A DNA stretch of 64,000 bases from an uncultured delta proteobacterium (lineage in GTDB: Bacteria > Myxococcota_A > Polyangia > Polyangiales > JADJMO01). Position 1 is the first letter of the stretch. The number at the start of each line of letters is the position of its first letter. The notes beneath the pieces were generated by a model. The model ran no database searches. It saw nothing but the letters and a program-made list of their open reading frames with translations, and was not told the origin of the DNA. Positions 17,044-27,426 of the stretch are shown here, piece after piece. The stretch spans positions 3,684-67,683 of the forward strand of contig CAIXWQ010001121.1 of the NCBI GenBank assembly GCA_903923175.1. Direction: 5' to 3'. A program made the translations under genes and the position numbers.

Positions 17044-19794
17044 TTGGCCAAGCAGCAGCTCCTCCTCGTCGACAGCGATCCCCGAGGGATGCGCGTCCTC
17101 GAAGTCAGCCTGAAGAAGGCCGGGTACATCGTCACGACCGCGCACACCGTCGCCGACGCGCTGGCGATGGTCGACGTCTCGACGCCCGACCTCATCCTGA
17201 CCGAGACGCGGTTGCAGGGGGGCGACGGCTTCCAGCTCGTCCGGCGGCTCAAAGAGCACCCGGAGTGGTCGAACATCCCGGTCGTCTTCCTCGCGAGCGA
17301 CAAGTCGATCGAGGACAAGGTCCGCGGCCTCGAGCTCGGGGTCGAGGACTACCTCACGAAGCCGATCTTCGTGCGTGAGCTGCTGACGCGCGTCAGCCTG
17401 CTCCTCGCGAAGCGCTCGCAGGAGCGGCTCACCAGCGCGCGGGGTGGGGGGCGCACGCGCTTCGCCGGCTCGATCGAAGACATGGCCGTCGTCGACCTGC
17501 TGCAGACCATCGAGGTCTCGCGCAAGAGCGGCACGGCGCGCCTCGAGAACGGTCCGCATTCGGCGACGCTCTGGTTCCGCGACGGTCACGTCGTCGACGC
17601 GCAGCTCGGCAAGCTCGAGGGCGAAGAGGCGGTCTATCGGACGCTCATCTGGAACGGCGGCACGTTCGAGGTCGAGTTCGGGCCCGCGTCGTCCGTGACG
17701 CGGGATCAGACGATCGCGACCTCGACGCAGGCGCTCCTGATGGAGGGCATGCGCCGCGTCGACGAGTGGGGTCGCCTGCTCGAGCAGCTCCCGGCGCTCT
17801 CGACGGTGTTCGAGGTCGAGCGAGCGGTCCTGCTCGAGCGGCTCGGCGAGATCCCCGACGAGCTCAACGGCATCTTGCGGCTCGTCGACGGCCATCGGTC
17901 GATCATGGAGCTCGTCGACGCCTCGCCGTTCGAGGATCTGTCGACCCTCTCGACGGTTTCGAAGCTCTATTTCGAGGGGCTGCTGGTGCCCGCCGGGAGC
18001 GCGTCGACCGACGAGCACGCCGTGGTGCCGGGCCCCGAGGGCGAGAACAAGTCGGGGAACTACGCCTCGGCGAAGCCCGAGGAGATCGTCCCGCCCTCGG
18101 CGCACATGCAGGCCGCGCACGTCGCGCCGTCGCCCGCGCCGCCGAGGGCCCCTCCGGTGGCCCCCGCTCCCCCCGCGGCGCACTCGAGCGTCGAGGACGC
18201 GATCGAGGCGGCGATGCTGGCGCTCGAGCACGAGCCGCCGCCGAGGCCGAAGGCCGCCGCCGTCGACTCCTGGGCGATGCCGCCGGGCCCGCGACGGGCC
18301 GACGAGGCCGCCGTCGATCTCGCGCTCGCCGCCCTCGAGCACGCGACCGAGCCGACGCCGGCCGCCAAGCCGGCGCCGCCGCCCACCGAGCGCAAGGTCG
18401 CCGATTCGCAGCCGCCGCCCGAGCCGATCCCGCTCTCGCAGACGAAGGGCTCGAGCGAGACCCCGCTCCCGAAGACGACGGCGATCCGCATCTCCGCGAG
18501 CGCGCTGCGCGATGCCATCTCGCACGCCTCGCCGAAGCCGAGCGTCCCGGACGAGGCGATCGGCACGACGCTGCCCTCCGGCGGGGCTCCGCCGCCGACG
18601 AAGGCCGAGACCCCGGCGGCCCGCGCGGCCGAGCCGCCGCCGCACGACGACGACGACGCCTCGGACAAGCCCGAGCCACGCGCCGTCTTCCGGGTCGCGT
18701 CGGGGTCGAAGTCCGAGCCCGCCATCCTCACGGCGCACGAGGTCGCGTCGAGCAAGCCCAAGTCCGAGCCCCCCGCGACGCCGATGCGACTCGCCGCGGC
18801 CCCGCCGACCGAGGAGGCCGCGGAGGAGGCGCCGACACCGGAGCCGCCGGCGCCCGATCTCGCCAAGACCGCGATTTCGATCGCGGTGCCGAGGGAGGTC
18901 TCCGACGCCGCGGCGGCGGCCGTCCGCGACGCGATTCAGCGCCCCGCGGCCGAGGCGAGGGCCCAGTCCGCGTCGGCCAGGCGCGAGGAGGCCGCGGCTT
19001 CCAAGGGTGCCACGAAGGACGAGCGGGCAGCCGCGTCGGCGGGGGCCGAAGCGCACGACGAGGACGACCATCATCCGGCGTTCTTCGGAAAGAGCGAGGA
19101 GGAGGTCCACGCGGAGCTCCGGCGGCGTGAGGCGCCCGATCTCGTCGACGACGATCTCGCCCACGCGCGCGTCTCGCGCGTGCCGCCGCAGCGCGCGCGC
19201 TCGATCGTGCTCGGCGTCGTCGCCATCGCGGGCATCCTCGGCATCGTGGCGCTCGGCCGTCGCGCGATGCGGCGTCAGGACGACTCCACGAACGCGCCCG
19301 TCGCTACGGCCACGGTCACGGCGAGCACGCCCGCGCCCTCGTTCTCCGAGACGCCTCTCGCGAGCCCTTCGGCCTCGGGCGTCAGCCCGAGCCCGACCGA
19401 GGGCGACGCCGGCGCGGACGCCGACGCTTCGGCGACGAGCGACGCCGCCGATGCCGGCGACGCCATGGAAGAGACGCTCGTGGACGCGGCGCCCGAAGCT
19501 GCGACCGCCGACGCCGCCGCCGCGGACACGCTGGCCGATCCCGACGCGACGAAGTCGGGCCCCCAGCTGCTCGGCGAGGCCCGCGCGGCGCTGAACGGCG
19601 GCAACAACGCCCGGGCGGTCGCGCTCGGGCGCAAGGCCGCTGCGAAGGGGGCGGGCGGCAGCGCGTACTACGTGATCGGCGCCGCCTATCAGAACATGGG
19701 CTCCACCGGAGCGGCGAAGTCCGCCTACGAGACGTGCGCGAAGAGCGGGTGCGCAGAGGCGACCGAGTGCGAGGCGATCGCGGGCGGGCTATAG
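17044..19794 (+). CDS. Response-regulator receiver, DUF4388-like domain, long Pro/Ala-rich spacer, TM helix and small TPR-like C-terminal domain
   Basis: The TTG start at 17044 is required to include receiver strand beta-1 (QQLLLVDSD). REC motifs are present (DLILTE…, …KP). [28 protein letters not shown] is typical of DUF4388/PATAN-type domains. About 450 aa of P/A/E-rich sequence follows. Predicted TM helix [18 protein letters not shown]. The C-terminus is …[26 protein letters not shown]. Confidence 0.85.
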   Translation: MAKQQLLLVDSDPRGMRVLEVSLKKAGYIVTTAHTVADALAMVDVSTPDLILTETRLQGGDGFQLVRRLKEHPEWSNIPVVFLASDKSIEDKVRGLELGVEDYLTKPIFVRELLTRVSLLLAKRSQERLTSARGGGRTRFAGSIEDMAVVDLLQTIEVSRKSGTARLENGPHSATLWFRDGHVVDAQLGKLEGEEAVYRTLIWNGGTFEVEFGPASSVTRDQTIATSTQALLMEGMRRVDEWGRLLEQLPALSTVFEVERAVLLERLGEIPDELNGILRLVDGHRSIMELVDASPFEDLSTLSTVSKLYFEGLLVPAGSASTDEHAVVPGPEGENKSGNYASAKPEEIVPPSAHMQAAHVAPSPAPPRAPPVAPAPPAAHSSVEDAIEAAMLALEHEPPPRPKAAAVDSWAMPPGPRRADEAAVDLALAALEHATEPTPAAKPAPPPTERKVADSQPPPEPIPLSQTKGSSETPLPKTTAIRISASALRDAISHASPKPSVPDEAIGTTLPSGGAPPPTKAETPAARAAEPPPHDDDDASDKPEPRAVFRVASGSKSEPAILTAHEVASSKPKSEPPATPMRLAAAPPTEEAAEEAPTPEPPAPDLAKTAISIAVPREVSDAAAAAVRDAIQRPAAEARAQSASARREEAAASKGATKDERAAASAGAEAHDEDDHHPAFFGKSEEEVHAELRRREAPDLVDDDLAHARVSRVPPQRARSIVLGVVAIAGILGIVALGRRAMRRQDDSTNAPVATATVTASTPAPSFSETPLASPSASGVSPSPTEGDAGADADASATSDAADAGDAMEETLVDAAPEAATADAAAADTLADPDATKSGPQLLGEARAALNGGNNARAVALGRKAAAKGAGGSAYYVIGAAYQNMGSTGAAKSAYETCAKSGCAEATECEAIAGGL

Positions 19795-19804
19795 ACGTCC
19801 GGTC

Positions 19805-22714
19805 GTGAGGCGATCTGGTCAGCGCGCGCGAGGCGAGGCGCTCCACCACGAGCGCGCGTGGCTGTCAGGGGCGGCCTGGCTCGCCCCGCTGCTCGGCCTG
19901 GCACTTCAGGCGTCGTCCTGCGATGGCCGCGCGCCGCGTGGCGTGACGTCGCCGGGGCCCGCCGACGCTCCTTGGCCGGTGAAGCTCGCGATCCCGCTCC
20001 ACCTGCAAGAGGCCGCGGCGGTCCGGCGAGAGGCGTGGCCGGTCACCTCCGGCGTGCCCTTCCGTCGAGGACTTCTCGCTCAGGTCGGGATGCTCCGCCT
20101 GCGTGATCCGAGTGGCGTCCCGGTGCCTCTGCAGGCCAGGGCCACGGCGCGTTGGGACGACGGCAGCGTCAAGTGGGCTCTCCTCGACTTTCTCGCCCGC
20201 GCCGCGCCGTCGGAGACGACGACCTACTCGCTCGAGGTCGGGACCTCCGAGGCGCCCACCTGGCCCGCCTCGCCCGCCTCGCCCGCCTCGCCCGGCTCGA
20301 CCGGCGTCACGGTTCGCGACGCCGATCAGCGGCTCGTGGTCGACACCGGCGCGCTCCGCGCCGTCTTCTCGCGGCGATCGTTCGGCGTGCTGTCGCAGGT
20401 GAGCGTCCACGGCATGCCCGTGTGGGAGTCGCCGAGCGAGCTCTCGATCGACCTCGAGCACCTCCCGCCGGGTCCCCCCGACGAGGAGAACTGGCTGCGG
20501 ACGTCGGCCGGCGGGCCGCGCGAGCGCTTCGAGGCCCGGGCGTGCGAGCAGCGGATGGTCGTCGAAGAGGCCGGCCCCGTCCGCGCCACCATCCGCGTCT
20601 CGGGCTGTCACGCCAACGCGGCGGGCGCGCGCTTCGCTCCCTACGACGTGTGGGTGCACCTGTACGCAGGGCAGGCGTTCGCCCGTCTGCAGCACACGTT
20701 CGTGTTCGACGGCGAGCCGAAGCGGGACTTCCTCCGGTGGATGGCGCTTCGCTTCGGCCCGATCGCCGGCGCGGACGCGTTCACGATCGGCCTGCCTGCG
20801 GGGCGGAGCGTGACGACGACCGCCGGGCCCCTCGGCCTCGTGGAGCCCGGAGCCGCCAAGCACTATCACCTCGTCGCGTACGGCGAAGCGCGCGACGCCG
20901 CGTTCCGGATCGAAGCCCCCGGCGGCCCGCTCGCGATCGGCGAGGCGTCGCCGGGTTGGGCGGATGTGTCCTCCAAGGCCGTCGGGGTGACGGTCGCGCT
21001 CCGAGACTTCGCGCATCAGTATCCGAAGGCGATCCGCCTCGAGGCGAACGGCGGACTCTCCGTCGACCTGTGGCCGGAGGCCGACGACGAGGTCCTCGAT
21101 CTTCGACGGCGAAGCGACGTCGTCGACGACGAGTACCACTACGATCTGACGCTCTCTCCGCGCGGAGGACGCGGGATCGCCAAGTCCCACGAGCTCCTGC
21201 TCGACTTCCATCGCGGCCCCGTCGACCCCGCGCGCGCGGCGGGATTCTCCCGCGCGCTCGACGAGCCGCTCTGGGCCTTCGCGTCTCCCGAGTACAACGC
21301 CGAGACCGCCGCCTTCGGGGCGTTCCACCCCCGCGATCCGCAGCGTTTTCCGCGGCTCGAGCGATCGCTCGACTTCGCGCTCGCGTGGCTGCGAGCGAAC
21401 CAGCGCGCTTTCCATTGGGACGGCCTCGTCGACTACGGCGACACGCTGTTCCACGGCTACGAGATTCCCACCCACCGCGGCGACGTGCGCGAGCGGGCGT
21501 GGGGGAGTCGTGGCTACGTCGGCTGGCTCAACAACGACGGCGACCTCGTCCACTCGCTCTACCTGCAGTACCTCCGCAGCGGCGACCGCAGGGTGATGCA
21601 CACCGCCGAGGCGATGGCGCGCCACGTGATGGACGTCGACACCTGCCACTACGACCCGGACGATCCGGGCAACGTCGGCGGCGGCCACCGGCACGACGAG
21701 CAGCACTGGGGCAACCACATCGTCGGGTACGGGACGGCTTCGCAGGGGACGATCGACGATTACCTGCTCACCGGCGACGCGCGCGCGCTCGTGGTCGCGC
21801 GCGAGAACGCGTCGTTCCACCTCGCGCCGACGGGCGAGGACGAGGGCCGCTACGGCGCCCTGCTGCGCTTCGCCGAGCTCACGCGGGACGAGGGGGCGCG
21901 GGCGGCCGCGGCACGGGTCCTGGACGAGCAGCTCGGCGTGCCGACCGGCGCCGCGTGGCCGTTCGTGACGCCGCGACACTTCCGCTTCGTCTCGCTCGAG
22001 AGCACGGGGCTGCTGCTCGCGGAGTCGGTGCGCCACGACGCGCGCCTCGGGGCCGCGATCGTGAGCGCAGTCGACGGCGTCGCCGACGAGCTCACCTCGG
22101 ACTGGCGCGATCCGGGCTATGCGCCGCAGATCCTCATCGCCGAGGCCCATCGCCAGACGCGCGCGACGAAGTACGGCGAGCTCGCGAAGGCCGTCGTTCA
22201 CGCGCTGCGCATCCCCGCCGCGGGCGCGGCGCCGGCGAGCTTCGAGGAGCTTCCGTTCGAGGAGCTCGTGCGCATCGGGCGGCTGCTGCGGGTGAACAAC
22301 CTGATGACCGCGAACCTCGAGCTCCTCTGCGGTCTCCCGTATCTGATGCGGGTTCTGGCCGACGAGAAGATCTCGGAGGCCGACGTCGACGCCTACGTGC
22401 CTCGCCACGATCTTCCGGCTCCCTTCGTCGAGGAGCTCGACCCCGCTCGCCTCGTGAAGGAGTCGCCCCGCGGGTTCGCCTACGTCTACGACCTGGCCCA
22501 CGGCTCGCCGAGCGACGCGCGGGGGGGGCCCTCGACGCTCGAGCTGTACGAAGACGGCCGCCTCCTCGGCCCCGCGCACGCTGCGCACGCCGACATCCGC
22601 GCCCTCGGTCGCGGGCGGTGGAGCCACTGGGGCTCGAACACCATTCGATTCTCGGCGAGCGACGACAGCGACCCACGCACGAACCGCCGCAGGTACTTCG
22701 TGCGTCAGCGCTGA
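19805..22714 (+). CDS. Large hypothetical lipoprotein, possibly a glycan lyase/hydrolase-like (PcRGLX/YetA-like) protein
   Basis: GTG start. Signal and lipobox (LLGLALQASSC). The N-terminal pattern WPVTSGVPF-RG…LRL-D-G-PVP-Q…WDDGSVKWALLDF recalls the RIFT-barrel N-terminus of PcRGLX-like proteins. This is a by-eye impression only. 969 aa with strong GC3 bias. Confidence 0.78.
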   Translation: MRRSGQRARGEALHHERAWLSGAAWLAPLLGLALQASSCDGRAPRGVTSPGPADAPWPVKLAIPLHLQEAAAVRREAWPVTSGVPFRRGLLAQVGMLRLRDPSGVPVPLQARATARWDDGSVKWALLDFLARAAPSETTTYSLEVGTSEAPTWPASPASPASPGSTGVTVRDADQRLVVDTGALRAVFSRRSFGVLSQVSVHGMPVWESPSELSIDLEHLPPGPPDEENWLRTSAGGPRERFEARACEQRMVVEEAGPVRATIRVSGCHANAAGARFAPYDVWVHLYAGQAFARLQHTFVFDGEPKRDFLRWMALRFGPIAGADAFTIGLPAGRSVTTTAGPLGLVEPGAAKHYHLVAYGEARDAAFRIEAPGGPLAIGEASPGWADVSSKAVGVTVALRDFAHQYPKAIRLEANGGLSVDLWPEADDEVLDLRRRSDVVDDEYHYDLTLSPRGGRGIAKSHELLLDFHRGPVDPARAAGFSRALDEPLWAFASPEYNAETAAFGAFHPRDPQRFPRLERSLDFALAWLRANQRAFHWDGLVDYGDTLFHGYEIPTHRGDVRERAWGSRGYVGWLNNDGDLVHSLYLQYLRSGDRRVMHTAEAMARHVMDVDTCHYDPDDPGNVGGGHRHDEQHWGNHIVGYGTASQGTIDDYLLTGDARALVVARENASFHLAPTGEDEGRYGALLRFAELTRDEGARAAAARVLDEQLGVPTGAAWPFVTPRHFRFVSLESTGLLLAESVRHDARLGAAIVSAVDGVADELTSDWRDPGYAPQILIAEAHRQTRATKYGELAKAVVHALRIPAAGAAPASFEELPFEELVRIGRLLRVNNLMTANLELLCGLPYLMRVLADEKISEADVDAYVPRHDLPAPFVEELDPARLVKESPRGFAYVYDLAHGSPSDARGGPSTLELYEDGRLLGPAHAAHADIRALGRGRWSHWGSNTIRFSASDDSDPRTNRRRYFVRQR

Positions 22715-22900
22715 GACGGCCCTGGGGCGCGACCGCGGCGCGGCAGGCCGCAGAGGCAGGCTCGGGGCGCCGCACGCCCGCCGCCTGGACGTGCCACGTG
22801 GCTTCGTTTGAACTTCCGCGGGCTCCGTGTCAACAAACGCCCTCGTGACGAAGCCCATGCTCCGCGGAATGGACGAGCTCGCCCGAGCTAGGGGCCAGGC

Positions 22901-24217
22901 GTGAGCGCGACGGCGTCCGCTGGCCCGGTCGCGGCGCGTCCCAAGCTCCTGGATCGTCTGCTCGAGCAGACGACCGTCTACGAGCTCCCCTTCTTCGTGA
23001 TGCTCTGCCTGCTCGCGGCGTCGATCCCCAACGAGTCGCTCTTCGGCGGCTACGACTCGAGCACCGGCAAGGGGTTCCGCTCGCCGAGCTACTACCTCGG
23101 TCTCGGCGCCTCGGTGCTGAGCACGATGCTCTTCCCCCGCATGGCCCGCGCCTGCGCGCGCTCGATGCCGATGGTGCTGCTCGTCTCGGCGTTCTCGGTG
23201 TCGCTGGTCGTGCTCACCGCGCTCGTCCTCACGACGGACGCGACCTACCGCCACGAGTACCAGATCGACCGGCAGTACAAGTCGGTCTTCATGGCCGTGA
23301 TGTTCATCGTCGTGACCGGCCACCAGCTCTGGCGCAAGCGCGTGATGCAGTCCTACCTGGTCGGCTGGTTCATCTTCGTCGTCGTCGCGCTCGGGCTGGT
23401 CGTCACCGGTCGCGCGACGACCGTGCAGCACTTCAACGCCGCCCGGATCTCCGTGCTCGGCATGAACGAGAACGTGCAGAGCACCATCGCCGGCTCGGGC
23501 GCCGTCATGTGCCTGAACTTCGCCCTGTTCGAGCGCAGGAGCCGACACTTCGCGCTCTGGGCGGGGCTCTACGTCCTCGGCCTCGCGGCGTTCGTCATCG
23601 GCACCAGCCGCACCGGGCTGGTCGGGCTGGTCGCCGGCCACCTCGTGGTGATCGTCATGGGGTTGTCCGCCGACAGGAAGGGCGCGGCGCGGCTGAGCAG
23701 GCTCCGCGTCCCCGTGATCGTCATCGGGTTCTTCGCCAGCGCCCTCGCCATCGCGAGCCAGTTCGGCATCTTCGACCGCGCGGTGACCTCGATGGGATCC
23801 CGGAGCGAGGCGGCATTCGAGGGTACGGACCTCGGTCACCGCGATCAGCTGGCGCGCGCGACGCTGCGCATCTTCACGGAAAACCCTGCGGGGGTCGGCA
23901 TGGGGAGGACGATGGACTTCCTGCAGGGCTCCGACCCGCATAACGGCTACCTCAAGCTCGCGGCGGAGGGGGGCGTCGCGGGGATGCTCCTCTTCGTGTT
24001 CGCGATGCTCGCGGCGCGCCGGAATGCGAGCGCGTGGATGCGGGCCGACGCTGACGAGATCGGGATCGCGGCCTGCTTCGTCCTCTACGCCTTCAGCGGC
24101 TTCACTGGCCAGGCGCTCCAGGAGTCGCCGTTCTGGTTCTTCTTCGCGTTCCTCGCCGTCTTGCCTGGCGCGGCCAGCCTGGAGAGCGACTTGCCGCGCG
24201 CCGGCGCGCTCTCGTGA
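22901..24217 (+). CDS. O-antigen polymerase/ligase-family membrane protein (Wzy-like)
   Basis: GTG start. About 10-12 hydrophobic helices. Wzy_C-type motif …GSDPHNGYLKLAAEGGVAGMLLF…. Confidence 0.85.
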   Translation: MSATASAGPVAARPKLLDRLLEQTTVYELPFFVMLCLLAASIPNESLFGGYDSSTGKGFRSPSYYLGLGASVLSTMLFPRMARACARSMPMVLLVSAFSVSLVVLTALVLTTDATYRHEYQIDRQYKSVFMAVMFIVVTGHQLWRKRVMQSYLVGWFIFVVVALGLVVTGRATTVQHFNAARISVLGMNENVQSTIAGSGAVMCLNFALFERRSRHFALWAGLYVLGLAAFVIGTSRTGLVGLVAGHLVVIVMGLSADRKGAARLSRLRVPVIVIGFFASALAIASQFGIFDRAVTSMGSRSEAAFEGTDLGHRDQLARATLRIFTENPAGVGMGRTMDFLQGSDPHNGYLKLAAEGGVAGMLLFVFAMLAARRNASAWMRADADEIGIAACFVLYAFSGFTGQALQESPFWFFFAFLAVLPGAASLESDLPRAGALS

Positions 24218-24234
24218 CGAGCGCGCGGCGCTCG
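24218..24234 (+). terminator. GC hairpin immediately after the Wzy-like gene (weak terminator candidate)
   Basis: CGAGCGC-gcg-GCGCTCG starts 1 nt after the TGA. No U-tract. It is followed by a 200-nt gap before the next gene. Confidence 0.3.
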
Positions 24235-24420
24235 AACGTCGCGCCGACTGCGCGCAACGGAGCCTAGAGCGCCTCCGCGTGACGCCCCGCGCCTTCGCGC
24301 CTCGGCCAGCGCGCCCCGTGTTTCTCCTCTTCTCGGACCGGCCGCTCACGCGCTAGGGAAAGTGGCGCTGCCGCCGTCGCGTGTCGCATTCTCCTCGCCC
24401 CACTTCACGGAGCACCTCGC

Positions 24421-25602
24421 ATGTCCGACCCGGTTCGACCCAAGGAGCGCTTCCTCGTCTTCGGTGCCCCGCTCATCGAGCAGGACGAGATCGACGAGGT
24501 CACCGCCAGCATGCGGGCTCGCTGGCTGGGCACGGGCCCCAAGGTCGCGCGGTTCGAGCGAGACTTCCTCGCGTTCAAGGGGGGCGAGGGGTTCGCCGTC
24601 GCCGTCGCCTCCTGCACGGCGGCGCTGCACCTGAGCCTCGTCGCGTCCGGGATCGGCCCCGGCGACGAGGTCATCACCACGCCCCTGACGTTCTGCGCGA
24701 CGGTCAACGCGATCATCCACGCCGGCGCGACGCCGGTGCTCGCCGACGTCGAGCCCGGGACGATGAACCTCGACCCGCGCGCGGTCGAGGCGGCCATCAC
24801 GCCGCGCACGAAGGCCATCCTCCCCGTGCACTTCGCGGGGCGCCCTTGCGACATGGACGCCCTCGGCGCGATCGCGGAGAAGCACGGGCTCCTGCTCATC
24901 GAAGACTGCGCGCACGCCATCGAGACCAAGCGCGGCGACCGCCACGCGGGCACGTTCGGCGCCTTCGGCTGCTTCAGCTTCTACGTGACCAAGAACGTGA
25001 TCACCGGCGAGGGTGGTCTGGTCCTCACGCGCAACGAGCGGGACGCGGCGCGCATCCGCTCGCTGTCCTTGCACGGCATGTCGCACGACGCGTGGAAGCG
25101 CTTCAGCGACGACGGCTACAAGCACTATCAAGTCGTCGAGTGCGGCTTCAAGTACAACATGACCGACATGCAGGCGGCCATCGGCATCCACCAGCTCGCG
25201 CGCGTCGCGCCGTCCCTGGTGCGCCGCGAGGCGATCTGGTCGCACTACGACGAGCGCCTCGGCGCGCTCGCGCTCCAGACGCCCACGGCGCCCGAGGCGG
25301 GGACGGTGCACGCGCGACATCTGTACACCGTGATGGTCGACGAGGCGCGCACGGGCGTGTCGCGCGACGCGTTCCTCACCGGCATGACGCGCAACAACAT
25401 CGGCGTCGGCGTTCACTACATGAGCGTGCCCGAGCATCCGTACTACCAACAGCGCTTCCAGTGGCGTCCGGAGATGTGGCCGCACGCGATGCGAATCGGC
25501 CGCCAGACGGTGAGCCTGCCCATCTCCCCCGCGATGTCCCTCGACGACGCCGACGACGTCGTGCGCGCCGCGCGCGCTGTGCTCGGCGGGGCGCGCGCGT
25601 AG
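24421..25602 (+). CDS. DegT/DnrJ/EryC1/StrS-family sugar aminotransferase
   Basis: …FGAPLIEQDEIDEV…, ASCTAALHLSLVASGIGPGDEVITTPLTF, FSFYVTKNVITGEGG (PLP lysine) and YKYNMTDMQAAIG. GGAG lies 8 nt upstream of the ATG. Confidence 0.92.
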   Translation: MSDPVRPKERFLVFGAPLIEQDEIDEVTASMRARWLGTGPKVARFERDFLAFKGGEGFAVAVASCTAALHLSLVASGIGPGDEVITTPLTFCATVNAIIHAGATPVLADVEPGTMNLDPRAVEAAITPRTKAILPVHFAGRPCDMDALGAIAEKHGLLLIEDCAHAIETKRGDRHAGTFGAFGCFSFYVTKNVITGEGGLVLTRNERDAARIRSLSLHGMSHDAWKRFSDDGYKHYQVVECGFKYNMTDMQAAIGIHQLARVAPSLVRREAIWSHYDERLGALALQTPTAPEAGTVHARHLYTVMVDEARTGVSRDAFLTGMTRNNIGVGVHYMSVPEHPYYQQRFQWRPEMWPHAMRIGRQTVSLPISPAMSLDDADDVVRAARAVLGGARA

Positions 25603-25621
25603 GTCGGGAGGACGTCGAGCC

Positions 25622-26281
25622 ATGGCCGCGGACACTCGCAACATCATCGTCCACCGACTGCACGACCGCGCGCTCGAGGCGCTCGCGAAGCAGCACTTTC
25701 GCGGCCGCCTGATCGACATCGGCTGTGGCGAGAAGCCCTATCGCAAGATGCTCGCGCCGCTCGTGGACGAGCACGTGGGCGTCGATCACGAGGCGACGAT
25801 GCACCGTCGCGACGCGATCGACGTCTTCGGAACTGCCTACGAGATCCCGTTCCCCGACGCGTCGTTCGATTCGGCGCTCTGCACGGCCGTGCTCGAGCAC
25901 CTCGAAGAGCCGGAGGCCGCGCTTCGCGAGTGCTTCCGGGTGCTTCGCCCCGGCGGCTACGCCATCTACAGCGTGCCGTTCATCTGGCACCTCCACGAGG
26001 AGCCCCGCGACTTCTTCCGCTTCACCAAGCACGGCCTCGAATACCTGCTCAAGAAGGTCGGCTTCGACGCGGTCGAGGTCACCCCGCTCTCGGGTTTCTG
26101 GACGACGTTCTCCACCCTCGCAGCCTACGATCTCTCGCGCTACCAGCGCGGGCCGCTGCGTTGGCTGCGCCTCGTCGACGGGCTGACGCTTGCGGGGCAG
26201 TTCGTGGCGCACGCCTTCGATCGGATCGATCGGCAGCACCAGTGGACGTGGATGTACATCGCAGTGGCCCGCAAGCCGTGA
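25622..26281 (+). CDS. Class I SAM-dependent methyltransferase
   Basis: Motif I LIDIGCGEKPY. Post-I and motif II-III …VLEHLEEPEAALRECFRVLRPGGYAIYSVP. Confidence 0.85.
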   Translation: MAADTRNIIVHRLHDRALEALAKQHFRGRLIDIGCGEKPYRKMLAPLVDEHVGVDHEATMHRRDAIDVFGTAYEIPFPDASFDSALCTAVLEHLEEPEAALRECFRVLRPGGYAIYSVPFIWHLHEEPRDFFRFTKHGLEYLLKKVGFDAVEVTPLSGFWTTFSTLAAYDLSRYQRGPLRWLRLVDGLTLAGQFVAHAFDRIDRQHQWTWMYIAVARKP

Positions 26282-26317
26282 TGCTCGCTCCCTCGACGAG
26301 AGCGCCTCGAGGCACCG

Positions 26318-27394
26318 ATGGCTGACGCGAACGCGGGCGGCGTGGGCGCGCGCGGCGAGGCGGGGATCCGGCGCGTCCGCGCCGCGAGTCGAGCCGAGTG
26401 GGCGGCGACGTTCCGGGACTGCGAATACGCGACCTACTTCCAGGGCCCCGAGTGGGCCGAGCTCTGGAGCGAATACCAGCCAGCGAGCCGGCCAGCTCCG
26501 CGGCTGGTCGAGTTCCACGACGGCCTGCGCGCGCTGCTCCCGCTCTCCCGGACCAGGGTCTACAAGGGCCTGATGTCGAGCTTCGTGAGCTCGCCCGCGG
26601 GGACGTTCGGCGGCTGGCTGTCGACCGACGCGCTGGGCGCGCCGCACGCGCGTGCGCTCGCCCGCCACCTGCGCTCGCTGCCCGAGCTCAACTGGCGGCT
26701 CAACCCCTACGATCCGAACCTCGAGCACATCGACCTCGCGGGATCGCGGCCCGACGAGACGCACGTGATCGCGCTGCCGGCGGACTTCGCGGAGAACTTC
26801 CGCAGCTGGTCGAAGGGGGCGCGCGCCGCGGTGAAGCAGTCGGCGCGCGAGGGCGTGACCGTGCGCCTGGCCGACGGAGAGGCCGACTGGCGAGCCTACT
26901 ACGAGGTCTACCTCGACTCGGTTCGTCGCTGGGGCGAGCGAGCGGGCGCGCGCTACGACTGGTCGCTCTTCGGCGCGCTCGCGGGGCGGCGCTCCGAGGC
27001 AGTGCGGCTCTGGCTCGCCGAGCACGAGGGGAACGTCATCGGCGGCGCGCTGTGCCTCTACGCGAGGCGGCACGTCGTCTACTGGCACGGCGCGGCCTTG
27101 GAGGCGAACTTCAAGCTGCGGCCGGTGAACTCGCTCATGCACGCATGCATCCAGGACGCCTGCGCGCGCGAGTTCCGTTGGTTCGACTTCAACCCCAGCG
27201 GCGGTCACGCCGGCGTCGCCGCGTTCAAGCGAGGCTTCGGCACCGAGGCGCGTCCCGCGCCCGTCATCTCGAGCCGTTCGCGATGGGGGAGGGTGGTGCA
27301 TGGCGCTGCCGTGGCGTATGCATATGCGAAGCGGGCGCCGGGCATGCTCCGGGGCCGAACAGACGCCTCCGACGCACGCGAGGCAGGACTCTGA
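26318..27394 (+). CDS. FemAB/CelD-like GNAT-fold acyl(aminoacyl)transferase
   Basis: The C-terminal half (…LWLAEHEGNVIGGALCLYARRHVVYWHGAALEANFKLRPVNSLMHACIQDACAREFRWFDFNPSGG…GVAAFKRGFG) has the pattern of the FemAB/BioF2-like acetyltransferase family often found in EPS loci. Confidence 0.72.
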   Translation: MADANAGGVGARGEAGIRRVRAASRAEWAATFRDCEYATYFQGPEWAELWSEYQPASRPAPRLVEFHDGLRALLPLSRTRVYKGLMSSFVSSPAGTFGGWLSTDALGAPHARALARHLRSLPELNWRLNPYDPNLEHIDLAGSRPDETHVIALPADFAENFRSWSKGARAAVKQSAREGVTVRLADGEADWRAYYEVYLDSVRRWGERAGARYDWSLFGALAGRRSEAVRLWLAEHEGNVIGGALCLYARRHVVYWHGAALEANFKLRPVNSLMHACIQDACAREFRWFDFNPSGGHAGVAAFKRGFGTEARPAPVISSRSRWGRVVHGAAVAYAYAKRAPGMLRGRTDASDAREAGL

Positions 27395-27426
27395 GCGGGC
27401 CGCACGGAAGCCGACCTCTGGACGCC

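Noticed and set aside
17011-19164. 717-aa minus-strand ORF
   Set aside because: It is antisense to the REC-DUF4388 gene. It is an Arg/Gly-rich shadow ORF.
19899-19915. TGGCAC hexamer as a possible sigma-54 promoter for the NtrC-like activator
   Set aside because: There is no TTGC element at the required spacing, and it lies inside a CDS. Other GG/GC candidates I checked (around 47108 and 33075) have the wrong spacing or orientation.
19865-24349. 1494-aa ORF on the minus strand
   Set aside because: It is antisense to two well-supported plus-strand genes (the 969-aa lipoprotein and the Wzy-like protein). The translation is Arg/Ala/Gly/Pro/Asp-rich with no motifs. This is the typical stop-codon-free shadow frame of very GC-rich DNA.
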